In this document: positions 45,322 to 53,072 of the stretch, piece by piece
Layout: each line of letters opens with the position of its first letter
Position numbering within the stretch: the first letter of the stretch is position 1
DNA from: a phage
Length of the DNA: 64,000 nucleotides
Sequence record: NC_101837.1
Strand: one strand, 5' to 3'
Translations under genes and position numbers: made by a program
The notes under the pieces: generated by a model
What the model was told of the DNA's origin: nothing
Databases searched by the model: none
The model's input: only the letters and a program-made list of their open reading frames with translations

Positions 45322-45654
45322 TTAAGGTAACCAGTAAACAATTTCGCCTTTCAGTTCCATGTCGTTACCGACATAGATTTTCCAGCCATCCATTTTAGCC
45401 ACTGCAGGAGTGAAGTCCGAAGAACCACTAACCTCTTTCCAAGTCCCGTAGTCAGGTTGCCAGATATAGAATCCACCTTCCTTGTCCCATGCTCCATATA
45501 CCACATCGAGCAGGTTGCCCATTGCAACAATAGTAGGCCGTGGGAATAATACATCTACAGATGCACCACAATTTCGGGTAGATTTTAAATTACAATCCCA
45601 AAAGATGTCTGCCAGTGTGGCGGCAATAGCTTTACGTCTTTCCAATGTTACCAT
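45322..45654 (-). CDS. hypothetical protein
   Basis: 110 aa. Confidence 0.5.
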   Translation of the reverse strand: MVTLERRKAIAATLADIFWDCNLKSTRNCGASVDVLFPRPTIVAMGNLLDVVYGAWDKEGGFYIWQPDYGTWKEVSGSSDFTPAVAKMDGWKIYVGNDMELKGEIVYWLP

Positions 45655-45664
45655 GGCACGATAC

Positions 45665-45856
45665 TCACTTGTTGTTAAGAAGTTCTAAAACTTTCTGTTT
45701 TACTTTGTCAAGGTCTGTGGATTCAAAAACTGTACGATATCCCCAACTTTGCCCATAGGAGTGACTGCAATCCCCGTAGCACCATTGCTCAATTTGATAG
45801 TATTCAAGGAACGGGTGCTGTCTAACTATGATACCATCCCGGTTAAAAATTACCAT
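45665..45856 (-). CDS. hypothetical small protein
   Basis: 63 aa. Confidence 0.45.
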   Translation of the reverse strand: MVIFNRDGIIVRQHPFLEYYQIEQWCYGDCSHSYGQSWGYRTVFESTDLDKVKQKVLELLNNK

Positions 45857-45919
45857 AATACATCACCCTCTGTTAGTTTATGCGTATATTATACACTGCA
45901 GTTTTCAGATGTCAACCTC

Positions 45920-46114
45920 TTACAGATTGCTCCAGTACAATCGGCATTTACATTTTGGGCAATGAGGTTCTTTTATGTAGTAACCGTCAGTCTTTGGAAC
46001 ACTTTTTGGTGCAGTTTTAAGATTGTACCTGGTAAAACATCGGAAGCAGGTTACCTCTCCCACCTGTTGATCGTTGATCCACTCACCGGAGTAAAGTTCT
46101 TTCTTGTTTCTCAT
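45920..46114 (-). CDS. small zinc-ribbon protein
   Basis: CFRC...CPKCKC; start at internal Met. Confidence 0.4.
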   Translation of the reverse strand: MRNKKELYSGEWINDQQVGEVTCFRCFTRYNLKTAPKSVPKTDGYYIKEPHCPKCKCRLYWSNL

Positions 46115-46365
46115 AATTCTCTCCCAAATCCTCTGCAATCTTATACCAAAATCTCCAGCCAGAAAGCACACGGGAACACTTTGAGGATTGAATCTTTACT
46201 TGGCTAGGAAGTTCTTTTTCCGTATGGTAGGTAGAAATACCCTCCTGCAGATTCGAATATAGCTCCTTCGGTTGTATCTACCACAGCAAGAATTAAGATT
46301 TTAGTCTCCACAGTGCTCTCCTCTCTTAGTTGTCGTGGAAACTATATCACCTCAGAAGATGGTCG

Positions 46366-46905
46366 TCAACACTTTTTGTACTCCACCACGACAATATCTA
46401 TGTCGAAAGTGGCAAGGTTAATAACGTCCTCTACGTGTTCCCACTTCAAACCGCCTATGCCGCACCCGATCTTAGGGATGTAGAATGGTAAAGTCGATCC
46501 GCTGAATACTTCATTGACTAGCTCAAAGCCTTTCAGGATTGAGAAATACTCAGCATTAGGTCCTGGGTAGAACTGGGTATATAGATTGATTCCGTAGACA
46601 ATACCTATCGGAGATAAGTGCTCCCATCGGGAGAACGCACCCAGTTTACTTAGGCAACCGTATCTAGTCTCTTTGTCGGCTGACAGTGCTTGAGGAAACT
46701 CACGGGCAATCTGTTTTGCTATACCCTTGCCCATTGTGTGGAAGCAGTTACAACCGTGGATCAGGTGACCAGCACCGCTCTTAAAAAGGGAGATTAAATC
46801 TCCCTCTACAGTATCAATAATCACGGTAAGCCAGCTCCTCTTCCGCAATTTCAAAAAACTCAGTCCAGCACTGTGGCATATTGGAGTTACCGAAGTGGCT
46901 TTCAT
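46366..46905 (-). CDS. macrodomain protein, TARG1/OARD1-like (putative ADP-ribose hydrolase); start uncertain, overlaps upstream ORF
   Basis: GDLISLF...HLIHGCNCFHTMGKGIAKQIAREFP and C-terminal IPKIGCGIGGL resemble the TARG1/OARD1-type macrodomain pattern (GDLF..HC.S.D..MGAGIA..FK..FP) as recalled. Confidence 0.55.
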   Translation of the reverse strand: MKATSVTPICHSAGLSFLKLRKRSWLTVIIDTVEGDLISLFKSGAGHLIHGCNCFHTMGKGIAKQIAREFPQALSADKETRYGCLSKLGAFSRWEHLSPIGIVYGINLYTQFYPGPNAEYFSILKGFELVNEVFSGSTLPFYIPKIGCGIGGLKWEHVEDVINLATFDIDIVVVEYKKC

Positions 46906-47239
46906 AGTAAAGGTTCTTACCGCTAGGAAGGTAGAAATCTGTTACCTCATAAAATCCACAATCGTCGCACTCACCTTCTTCAAACTTGGCCTTAACCTTA
47001 ATACCGAGGAAGGTGAAAAGTTTATGGACATCTTCAGTTTCGAACTCCCAGGGAATGTTGTTTTCCGCATCGGTGTAGAACTGGATCAGCAGACCATTGT
47101 CCAGTTTACCAAAATACTCTGTGAAGTAACTTCCTTCCCAGAAATCTTTATGACAAATAATATCCATGCGTTTGCCCATAATAATGGTGTGAGCGTTTTG
47201 GGCATCGTCACGAATCAGTTTTGGCATTTCATAGATCAT
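46814..47239 (-). CDS. hypothetical acidic protein
   Basis: 141 aa. Confidence 0.5.
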   Translation of the reverse strand: MIYEMPKLIRDDAQNAHTIIMGKRMDIICHKDFWEGSYFTEYFGKLDNGLLIQFYTDAENNIPWEFETEDVHKLFTFLGIKVKAKFEEGECDDCGFYEVTDFYLPSGKNLYYESHFGNSNMPQCWTEFFEIAEEELAYRDY

Positions 47240-47307
47240 CTTAGTTCTCCTGGTTCAACAGGTGGTGGCGCTACAGGAAGATCATAAAACATAGCTATCA
47301 CAGTCTC

Positions 47308-47505
47308 TTACACAGGAATTGCTTCAAACAGGCCGTTATCTATACCGTCCTTCAGATAGAGATTATATTCTATGTCGGTATCTGTATAAAGGGCAGCATC
47401 CAGCATTCTATCTGTGAGTCCATCCATTGGGTGGAGAAACCACCACCCACGCCAGTCAAAGTAACAGCCTGGTGCATCTTCTCTTACACGGATTCGATAA
47501 ATCAT
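47308..47505 (-). CDS. hypothetical small protein
   Basis: 65 aa, AGGAGG RBS. Confidence 0.45.
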   Translation of the reverse strand: MIYRIRVREDAPGCYFDWRGWWFLHPMDGLTDRMLDAALYTDTDIEYNLYLKDGIDNGLFEAIPV

Positions 47506-47601
47506 GGGCAGTGGCCTCCTGTTAGTTATACATCCCAGTTTTCTTCGTTCATCGCGTCCTCCCGTTATATGAAGTTATAATTGCACACCTTTCAACCTGT
47601 G

Positions 47602-48018
47602 TCAACAGAAAACTTCAACAAATTCTTCCACAGTTTTAATGTCGTGGGAAAAAGGTTTACGGCTATAACGGGCAATAGCACTATCAACCACCGCCCGGTA
47701 CTCTAAATCTTCAGAATATTTCATGAAGCATTGTAGCGTCTCTGGACAGATAGCTAAATAGCTCCACCACCCCTCTTCAGATTGGTAGTCAAATCCCATA
47801 CTCTCCAACCATGAAGCATATACGCCTGCACCCTCAAGCCAGTGAGTATTTTCATCCAGAAACTTGTTAATAGACATGTGAGCTTCTAAGCATTTATCCA
47901 GCTCTTTTCCGTTAACCAGCCACGCACTGACCGTGGCGCATCCAAGGTCTACAGATTGAGTTGACAGGTTGTATTGGTCATAGTTCTCAGGTTTAACAAT
48001 GATATCTTCTAATGTCAT
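47602..48018 (-). CDS. hypothetical protein
   Basis: 138 aa. Confidence 0.5.
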   Translation of the reverse strand: MTLEDIIVKPENYDQYNLSTQSVDLGCATVSAWLVNGKELDKCLEAHMSINKFLDENTHWLEGAGVYASWLESMGFDYQSEEGWWSYLAICPETLQCFMKYSEDLEYRAVVDSAIARYSRKPFSHDIKTVEEFVEVFC

Positions 48019-48039
48019 TTTTCAGATCTCCTTATACAA

Positions 48040-48068
48040 AAATGCCCCACCCTTTCGGGCAGGGCTAT
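48040..48068 (-). terminator. intrinsic terminator (minus strand), copy 1 of a duplicated terminator
   Basis: Minus strand CTGCCC-gaaa-GGGTGG (GAAA tetraloop, G-U wobbles) followed by GGCATTTTT; near-identical at 58761-58788. Confidence 0.55.
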
Positions 48069-48080
48069 GTTAGTTATGTG

Positions 48081-48659
48081 TTAAAAGTATTCGTATAAGT
48101 ATCCATCTGGAGCTGGAATTTTTTCATGAATGTAGTAACCAATATATATTCCGGTTTCTCTGCTACAAGAGTTGTGAGATACCCATTCTTTAAGAACGTT
48201 ACCATTCATGTCCAACCTCCTTACATTTTTGCACCGTCTACCGCTGGTGCTTCTATGTAACAGAATATCCTCTGTCTGCTTGTCTTTATTTTCTCCCCAA
48301 GTCGTTAAACGGATATTATCAAAAGAGTACCCTTTGAAATCATCTATCCTGTCACAAGAAGGCTTTTTCCTTTTGTCGTATCCGCTGGCTACCCACTGAT
48401 CATACAACTCTTTGTAACCGTTAAGGTATAGCCACTCCTTAAACTCTTTTTTGGTGTAAGTCGGAGGAGGGTGACCTCTTTGCTTGCTGTTGCACTTTTG
48501 AGCCTTGTACAACACACGTATTACACCTTTTTCTGAAGAGTCTTTAGCAAATTGGTCAGCCTCCCTGCTGGCCTTCTTGCAACACTCTTTGCACGTTGAT
48601 TTGTTACTGGTGTAGAAGTCGGAGGCCTCCTTGTCCTCTCCACAACGTTTGCATTTCAT
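48081..48659 (-). CDS. HNH-like (HNH_3/AP2-type) homing-endonuclease-like protein with N-terminal zinc ribbon; catalytic His apparently replaced by Arg
   Basis: MKCKRCG...CKEC; SCDRIDDFKGYSFDNIRLTTWGEN vs HNH_3 pattern DH.D...NN..NL.L.T..EN. Confidence 0.4.
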   Translation of the reverse strand: MKCKRCGEDKEASDFYTSNKSTCKECCKKASREADQFAKDSSEKGVIRVLYKAQKCNSKQRGHPPPTYTKKEFKEWLYLNGYKELYDQWVASGYDKRKKPSCDRIDDFKGYSFDNIRLTTWGENKDKQTEDILLHRSTSGRRCKNVRRLDMNGNVLKEWVSHNSCSRETGIYIGYYIHEKIPAPDGYLYEYF

Positions 48660-48667
48660 AACTGACC

Positions 48668-49894
48668 TCAGAAAGGGATCGAGTCATCGAACTCATACTG
48701 CGCCGGATTCTGATCCATCGGGTCATCTTCCTCGTCATTTACAGGAGGAGCGTCTACAGTGTTTTGCTGTGGAGCTGCTTCCTGTTTGGCAGCTTGAGGT
48801 TCTTGATGGTCAGTGGACCCAGCACCGTTCTTGATCCAATCGTACAACGGCTCAGCCAGATTAGTCAAGACATCTTTCGCTTCTGCAGTAATTGCCACTG
48901 CAAAATCATCAACTTTCGTTTTCTTGTCAATACGGCGACAAGCGTTCAACACCGCATTACCGACACTGGCACCTACTTCATCTTCAGTTCGGTTGGTGGC
49001 TTGAGCATACTCTTTCTTAAGCTCAATGGTGACTACGTGCAGTGTTTTAGCCACGCCCAGTGGGTCGTCTACCTTAAACCCGCGATCCAGGATGATCTGC
49101 AACGCATTGATGCTATGCCCCGTTTCCACACCGATAGGGTCGTAAGAGGATTTACGCTTGCCACCGGAGCCTTGAGTGCCGTTCTCTGCCTTAGGGGGAT
49201 AGGCTTTGAAACCACTGATAATGTTTCCGGTGTCTTTGTCAACAATGGCTGCAACACGACCACCTACCACCAGGTCTTTAAGCTGCTCATCAGTTACAAC
49301 CATAGCACCTTCGCCAATCTTGTGGTCATTAACAGTAACCACGTTGCCAACAATCTGAGTCACATCGCCATAGATGCGTAAAACGTCCTGATTGGCATTC
49401 TGCTGAGGTTTCTGCTTCTGGCCTTGTGATTGTGCACCTTGTTGCTGTTTTTGCTGCTGAGTCGCTGCTGGAGCCTCTCCTGCACCCAGCTTGACCATCT
49501 TAGCCAGTGAGCCTTTGTAATAGGTCTTACCGTTATGCTCGTTTGCCTTCAAAGGGATATTTACGATCCATCCCGGCGTTACGGTTTCCCACTTGTCATC
49601 AATTTTAACAGAGACAGAGTCTTGATGACCAGGTTTAAGCAGCTTATCACCCATGCTGATCCAGACTTCTTCACCACCTTGAAGCAGGTTATCAGAGGAA
49701 TCCAGTTCAGAAATCAGTAAAGAGATGGTGTGGCTGGACTCAATTTTCTTACCTTGCCACACAGTGGTTTTAATACCTGTTGTAGGATCAGCACCTTTGA
49801 TAGGCTTGATGCTGACGCGTTTAATCATGCCGTGAGCCAGTAAAACAGTTTCACGCGGATTCATCGGGTTAGCGAATTGTTGAATAACGCTCAT
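48668..49894 (-). CDS. putative ssDNA-binding protein with SSB-like acidic C-terminal tip
   Basis: 408 aa; Gln-rich linker (QQQKQQQGAQSQGQKQKPQQ); C-terminus EEDDPMD...EFDDSIPF resembles bacterial SSB DDDIPF tip; N-terminal fold not recognised. Confidence 0.4.
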   Translation of the reverse strand: MSVIQQFANPMNPRETVLLAHGMIKRVSIKPIKGADPTTGIKTTVWQGKKIESSHTISLLISELDSSDNLLQGGEEVWISMGDKLLKPGHQDSVSVKIDDKWETVTPGWIVNIPLKANEHNGKTYYKGSLAKMVKLGAGEAPAATQQQKQQQGAQSQGQKQKPQQNANQDVLRIYGDVTQIVGNVVTVNDHKIGEGAMVVTDEQLKDLVVGGRVAAIVDKDTGNIISGFKAYPPKAENGTQGSGGKRKSSYDPIGVETGHSINALQIILDRGFKVDDPLGVAKTLHVVTIELKKEYAQATNRTEDEVGASVGNAVLNACRRIDKKTKVDDFAVAITAEAKDVLTNLAEPLYDWIKNGAGSTDHQEPQAAKQEAAPQQNTVDAPPVNDEEDDPMDQNPAQYEFDDSIPF

Positions 49895-50259
49895 TATTTG
49901 TCTCCTTGTTCTTCGTTAGTGTTTGCCGTGTGTGCAAACCCTGCTTGAATTAATTTGTCCTGAACTTGAGCCAACAGGCCCATTGCAAAACTTGTGGTCC
50001 CAGAGAGGGCCATCAGCATATCTCGTTGTTGAGCTACCCAACCTAAGGCATAGTCCAAACGACGATATTTTTCTTCTTCACGCAGAGCCTGAAATAATTG
50101 TTCAGCCTCCGGTTGTTGTGTGAGCTCCTGAAGTCTTCCCATGAAAGAAGAAAGCACTAGCAAAAGAGACACTTGATCTTTACTTAACCCTAAGAAAAAT
50201 TCTTGAGGTTGTTCTTGCTCGTTCATCGCAACCGACGCTTGATCGTTCATTTGTTCCAT
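49894..50259 (-). CDS. hypothetical protein
   Basis: 121 aa, coupled to downstream gene. Confidence 0.5.
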   Translation of the reverse strand: MEQMNDQASVAMNEQEQPQEFFLGLSKDQVSLLLVLSSFMGRLQELTQQPEAEQLFQALREEEKYRRLDYALGWVAQQRDMLMALSGTTSFAMGLLAQVQDKLIQAGFAHTANTNEEQGDK

Positions 50260-50342
50260 TATGGAATCTCCGATTTTATTTGAACAACATAGAAGGAGAC
50301 ACTATTTTAGCATCCCCTTCTGCAAATTACAATAGGTATTTG

Positions 50343-50588
50343 TTAGCCAATCACTTCAAAAGTTCCCCAATTCCCGTCCAGCAGGCAGGTGATCGGATCC
50401 CCATCGTCGTCAAAGATTTCAAAGTTTTCAGCATCCAGGATGTGACCCTCGAACACGATACTTTCGTCGCCACCACCAGAAATAACAGCGTATTCCTTAC
50501 CTTGAGTCAAGTTTTGACACCCTTTGCCACCAAAACCTACTTCAACACAACGTACTTTCTGTCCTGCGCGAGCAACTGCTTCAGTCAT
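50343..50588 (-). CDS. hypothetical small acidic protein
   Basis: 81 aa. Confidence 0.45.
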   Translation of the reverse strand: MTEAVARAGQKVRCVEVGFGGKGCQNLTQGKEYAVISGGGDESIVFEGHILDAENFEIFDDDGDPITCLLDGNWGTFEVIG

Positions 50589-50605
50589 CTTAAGGTCTCC
50601 TGATA

Positions 50606-50926
50606 TTAATCGTCAAGTTCAAAATAGATTTTAACAGCTTCATCAAAGATTGGAATCCCGATGTTGTTGATAAGCTGCCAAACTACCATATCTTTACCCG
50701 GATCTGGGAGAATGTCAACCTTTCTCCATGCGCTGTATATCCAGTTCGGACCACCTTCTGCACTAACTGGCAGATTTTCACCAGCCTCCTGCAGATACTT
50801 ATACAGCAAAAGATATTCTGGATACTCTAGAACACTGTCCTCTGTAGTATATAGCAGTTCACGGTATACTTTTAAGAACCCTGCTGGGGTAATGTTTTCA
50901 GTCTTCATTTGCCGCTTCTCCTGCAT
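50606..50926 (-). CDS. hypothetical protein
   Basis: 106 aa. Confidence 0.5.
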   Translation of the reverse strand: MQEKRQMKTENITPAGFLKVYRELLYTTEDSVLEYPEYLLLYKYLQEAGENLPVSAEGGPNWIYSAWRKVDILPDPGKDMVVWQLINNIGIPIFDEAVKIYFELDD

Positions 50927-51290
50927 TCATCAGGTCTGCCATAGCGTCACCTACGAAGAGAACAACCACATCGTTGACAGCGTCAGCATCATCTTTGTTG
51001 ACGTTGCTGAATTTAGGACACACAGCAATGATCATATAGACACCGTTACCAACCTGGACTGTCCGTGTGGTGCACATCATGGCGGTATTTGTGCCTTCTT
51101 TGAAGGCGAAGCCTTGAAGACGCTCCTCTAAAGTGTTACCGGTAGATTTCAGAAGCGCCAGCTCGTCCAAGGCATAGATGATATCTCCGGAAGTTAGTGT
51201 TGCCTTGCCATCAGACACCATAATAACTCCATCAGCACCGTCAAGCTTAGAGGCTTCAAAGATATCAATATCCCAAATATTTTTCATCAC
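50898..51290 (-). CDS. hypothetical acidic protein
   Basis: 130 aa. Confidence 0.5.
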   Translation of the reverse strand: MMKNIWDIDIFEASKLDGADGVIMVSDGKATLTSGDIIYALDELALLKSTGNTLEERLQGFAFKEGTNTAMMCTTRTVQVGNGVYMIIAVCPKFSNVNKDDADAVNDVVVLFVGDAMADLMNAGEAANED

Positions 51291-51547
51291 GCTTCCTCTT
51301 CGTCTAAGGAGTTGAAGATTTCACCGAAGTATTCTAAGACTTCTAGCTCCCGTGTGGTGCAGAAAACACAGTCACCGTTGTCATCCTCGATAACTGCCTC
51401 TTTACCCAGCACATCTACTTCAAGTTTATCGTTCAACAGGACAGCTCCTGTGTAAACTTTGTCGGCTGTGCAGTCCCGAAAAGCAGAGTCCTTCTCCAGA
51501 TAGTCTGGCTTAACCTTGGCTTTAATTCGTTGATATTGTTTGGTCAT
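51287..51547 (-). CDS. small Cys-containing acidic protein, paralog family D (start moved to ATG downstream of promoter)
   Basis: DSAFRDCT...DDNGDCVFCT shared with 51611-51865; AAAGGGGA RBS. Confidence 0.5.
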   Translation of the reverse strand: MTKQYQRIKAKVKPDYLEKDSAFRDCTADKVYTGAVLLNDKLEVDVLGKEAVIEDDNGDCVFCTTRELEVLEYFGEIFNSLDEEEA

Positions 51548-51578
51548 TGCTGTGGTCCCCTTTCGTTTTGATAGGGCC

Positions 51579-51607
51579 ATTATATTAGGCCCCATCGCTA
51601 TTGTCAA
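51579..51607 (-). promoter_or_regulatory. sigma70-like promoter (minus strand)
   Basis: Minus strand TTGACA-17 nt-TATAAT (consensus). Confidence 0.55.
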
Positions 51608-51610
51608 GTA

Positions 51611-51865
51611 TTAATGCTCAGGTTTTACAAAAACCACTTCATTAACAGTGCACCAGACAGAGTCTCCTTCATCATCTTTAAAGGTAAGGCACTGTGCTGA
51701 GTTTTCCAGCTCATCAATCTCTTCTTGTGATAAAGGAGCCCCTTCTTCCAGAAGGGCTTTTACCAGAGGGTTCTCACAAAACTCCGCTTCATAAATTGCA
51801 CCGATTGTGCAATCTTTAAAAGCTCGGTCATTTTCAACGCATTCTGGCTTCAAAGTAATTTTCAT
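51611..51865 (-). CDS. small Cys-containing acidic protein, paralog family D
   Basis: DRAFKDCT...DDEGDSVWCT. Confidence 0.5.
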   Translation of the reverse strand: MKITLKPECVENDRAFKDCTIGAIYEAEFCENPLVKALLEEGAPLSQEEIDELENSAQCLTFKDDEGDSVWCTVNEVVFVKPEH

Positions 51866-51941
51866 CTTAGCGGTTTCCTTAGTTATTTAAAAATCAACGC
51901 TCTGTTTGTGTGAAGCATCTTATATCTAATCTTACTTCTTG

Positions 51942-52313
51942 TCAATGACTATTTTCAATCAGCCACACAGGGTCGAGGTAAATTTGTTGGCGTGTTGCCC
52001 AATGACAAACTTCATTGTACATCTGAACCTCTTTGTCTGTCAATTCACGAATAGGCTCATCTATACCCTCATTTTTGTGGTAATCCCAGTCGGCATCGAT
52101 TTCCCACAGCCATGACTTGTTGTCACCACGCTTACGCACACAGAAGTCACCAGGACGGCCTGCCAGTGCATTTAAGAACTCGTTCTCTGCTCGCTCCTGA
52201 AGAATGCTAAGGAGCAAAACGTTGGAGCATGACCGTAAAATATGCTTCAGCTCGCAGTCATCAATCTCAACTTCAATACGTTGTTTGACTGTGTGGGTAC
52301 CTTTTACTAACAT
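51942..52313 (-). CDS. hypothetical protein (start at internal Met with GAGGAG RBS)
   Basis: MLVKGTHTVKQ... Confidence 0.5.
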   Translation of the reverse strand: MLVKGTHTVKQRIEVEIDDCELKHILRSCSNVLLLSILQERAENEFLNALAGRPGDFCVRKRGDNKSWLWEIDADWDYHKNEGIDEPIRELTDKEVQMYNEVCHWATRQQIYLDPVWLIENSH

Positions 52314-52323
52314 TCTATCTCCT

Positions 52324-52518
52324 CTATACAAACTCTGCAAGTGTTGTGTTGTTCACTGCACCGCAGTAAATGGAGTATCCCAGCCCATTAGGGTGCAGAA
52401 ACCACGGCGTGCCGAAATTATCTTTCACGTAGACATCGCCGTTGCTTGTAAAGGGCCAATATTCTTCACCAAGGGTGAAATACCTGCTCATACCCTCAGC
52501 CAGATACTTTACTTTCAT
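52324..52518 (-). CDS. small protein, paralog family C
   Basis: GTPWFLHPNGLGYSIYCGA motif shared with neighbours; GAAGAGG RBS. Confidence 0.45.
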   Translation of the reverse strand: MKVKYLAEGMSRYFTLGEEYWPFTSNGDVYVKDNFGTPWFLHPNGLGYSIYCGAVNNTTLAEFV

Positions 52519-52742
52519 AGGTCCTCTTCAACAGCTACAAACTTGGCAAGCAGGGTGGTTCCGTAGATATGATACTCACCGTTTGCCAGATGGGAGATAA
52601 ACCAGGCAATCCCTTCCTCGTCTTTAATCATCTTGTTTGCACGAGCTTTATCGTAATAAACCTCGTAGGTCTTTCCTTCTTTAAAGAATGACAGGTCTGT
52701 CATCTTTTCTTCTACAAAAGTAGCTTTAACCAAAGTTGTCAT
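52515..52742 (-). CDS. small protein, paralog family C
   Basis: GIAWFISHLANGEYHIYG; AAGGAG RBS. Confidence 0.45.
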   Translation of the reverse strand: MTTLVKATFVEEKMTDLSFFKEGKTYEVYYDKARANKMIKDEEGIAWFISHLANGEYHIYGTTLLAKFVAVEEDL

Positions 52743-53023
52743 TGATCGGTCTCCTTCTTGTTAAGTCTGAATACTGCAATAATAGCATTCCCAAGGTGCA
52801 GTGTCAAATCATTTCCAAGATACCACAGCATTCCACGGTCATCTTTGATGAAAGGGTAGCAATCTGGTGCCTTCCAGACATTGTACACTTTCCCAACCTG
52901 AAAGAAATCAGGCCCTGTTGGGATTTTAGTGCCTGGCCACACTTGAGATACCTGAACACACTCCACCTGCATAATAACAGGGATAGTCATGGATGTAAAT
53001 GTTTTTGTTGGTTCTACTACCAT
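52739..53023 (-). CDS. small protein, paralog family C (start at internal Met)
   Basis: GMLWYLGNDLTLHLG; AAGAGGAG RBS. Confidence 0.45.
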   Translation of the reverse strand: MVVEPTKTFTSMTIPVIMQVECVQVSQVWPGTKIPTGPDFFQVGKVYNVWKAPDCYPFIKDDRGMLWYLGNDLTLHLGNAIIAVFRLNKKETDQ

Positions 53024-53072
53024 AAAAGTCTCCTCTTTGCTCAACAACACTTCCATGTGTTGATAGTTTACA

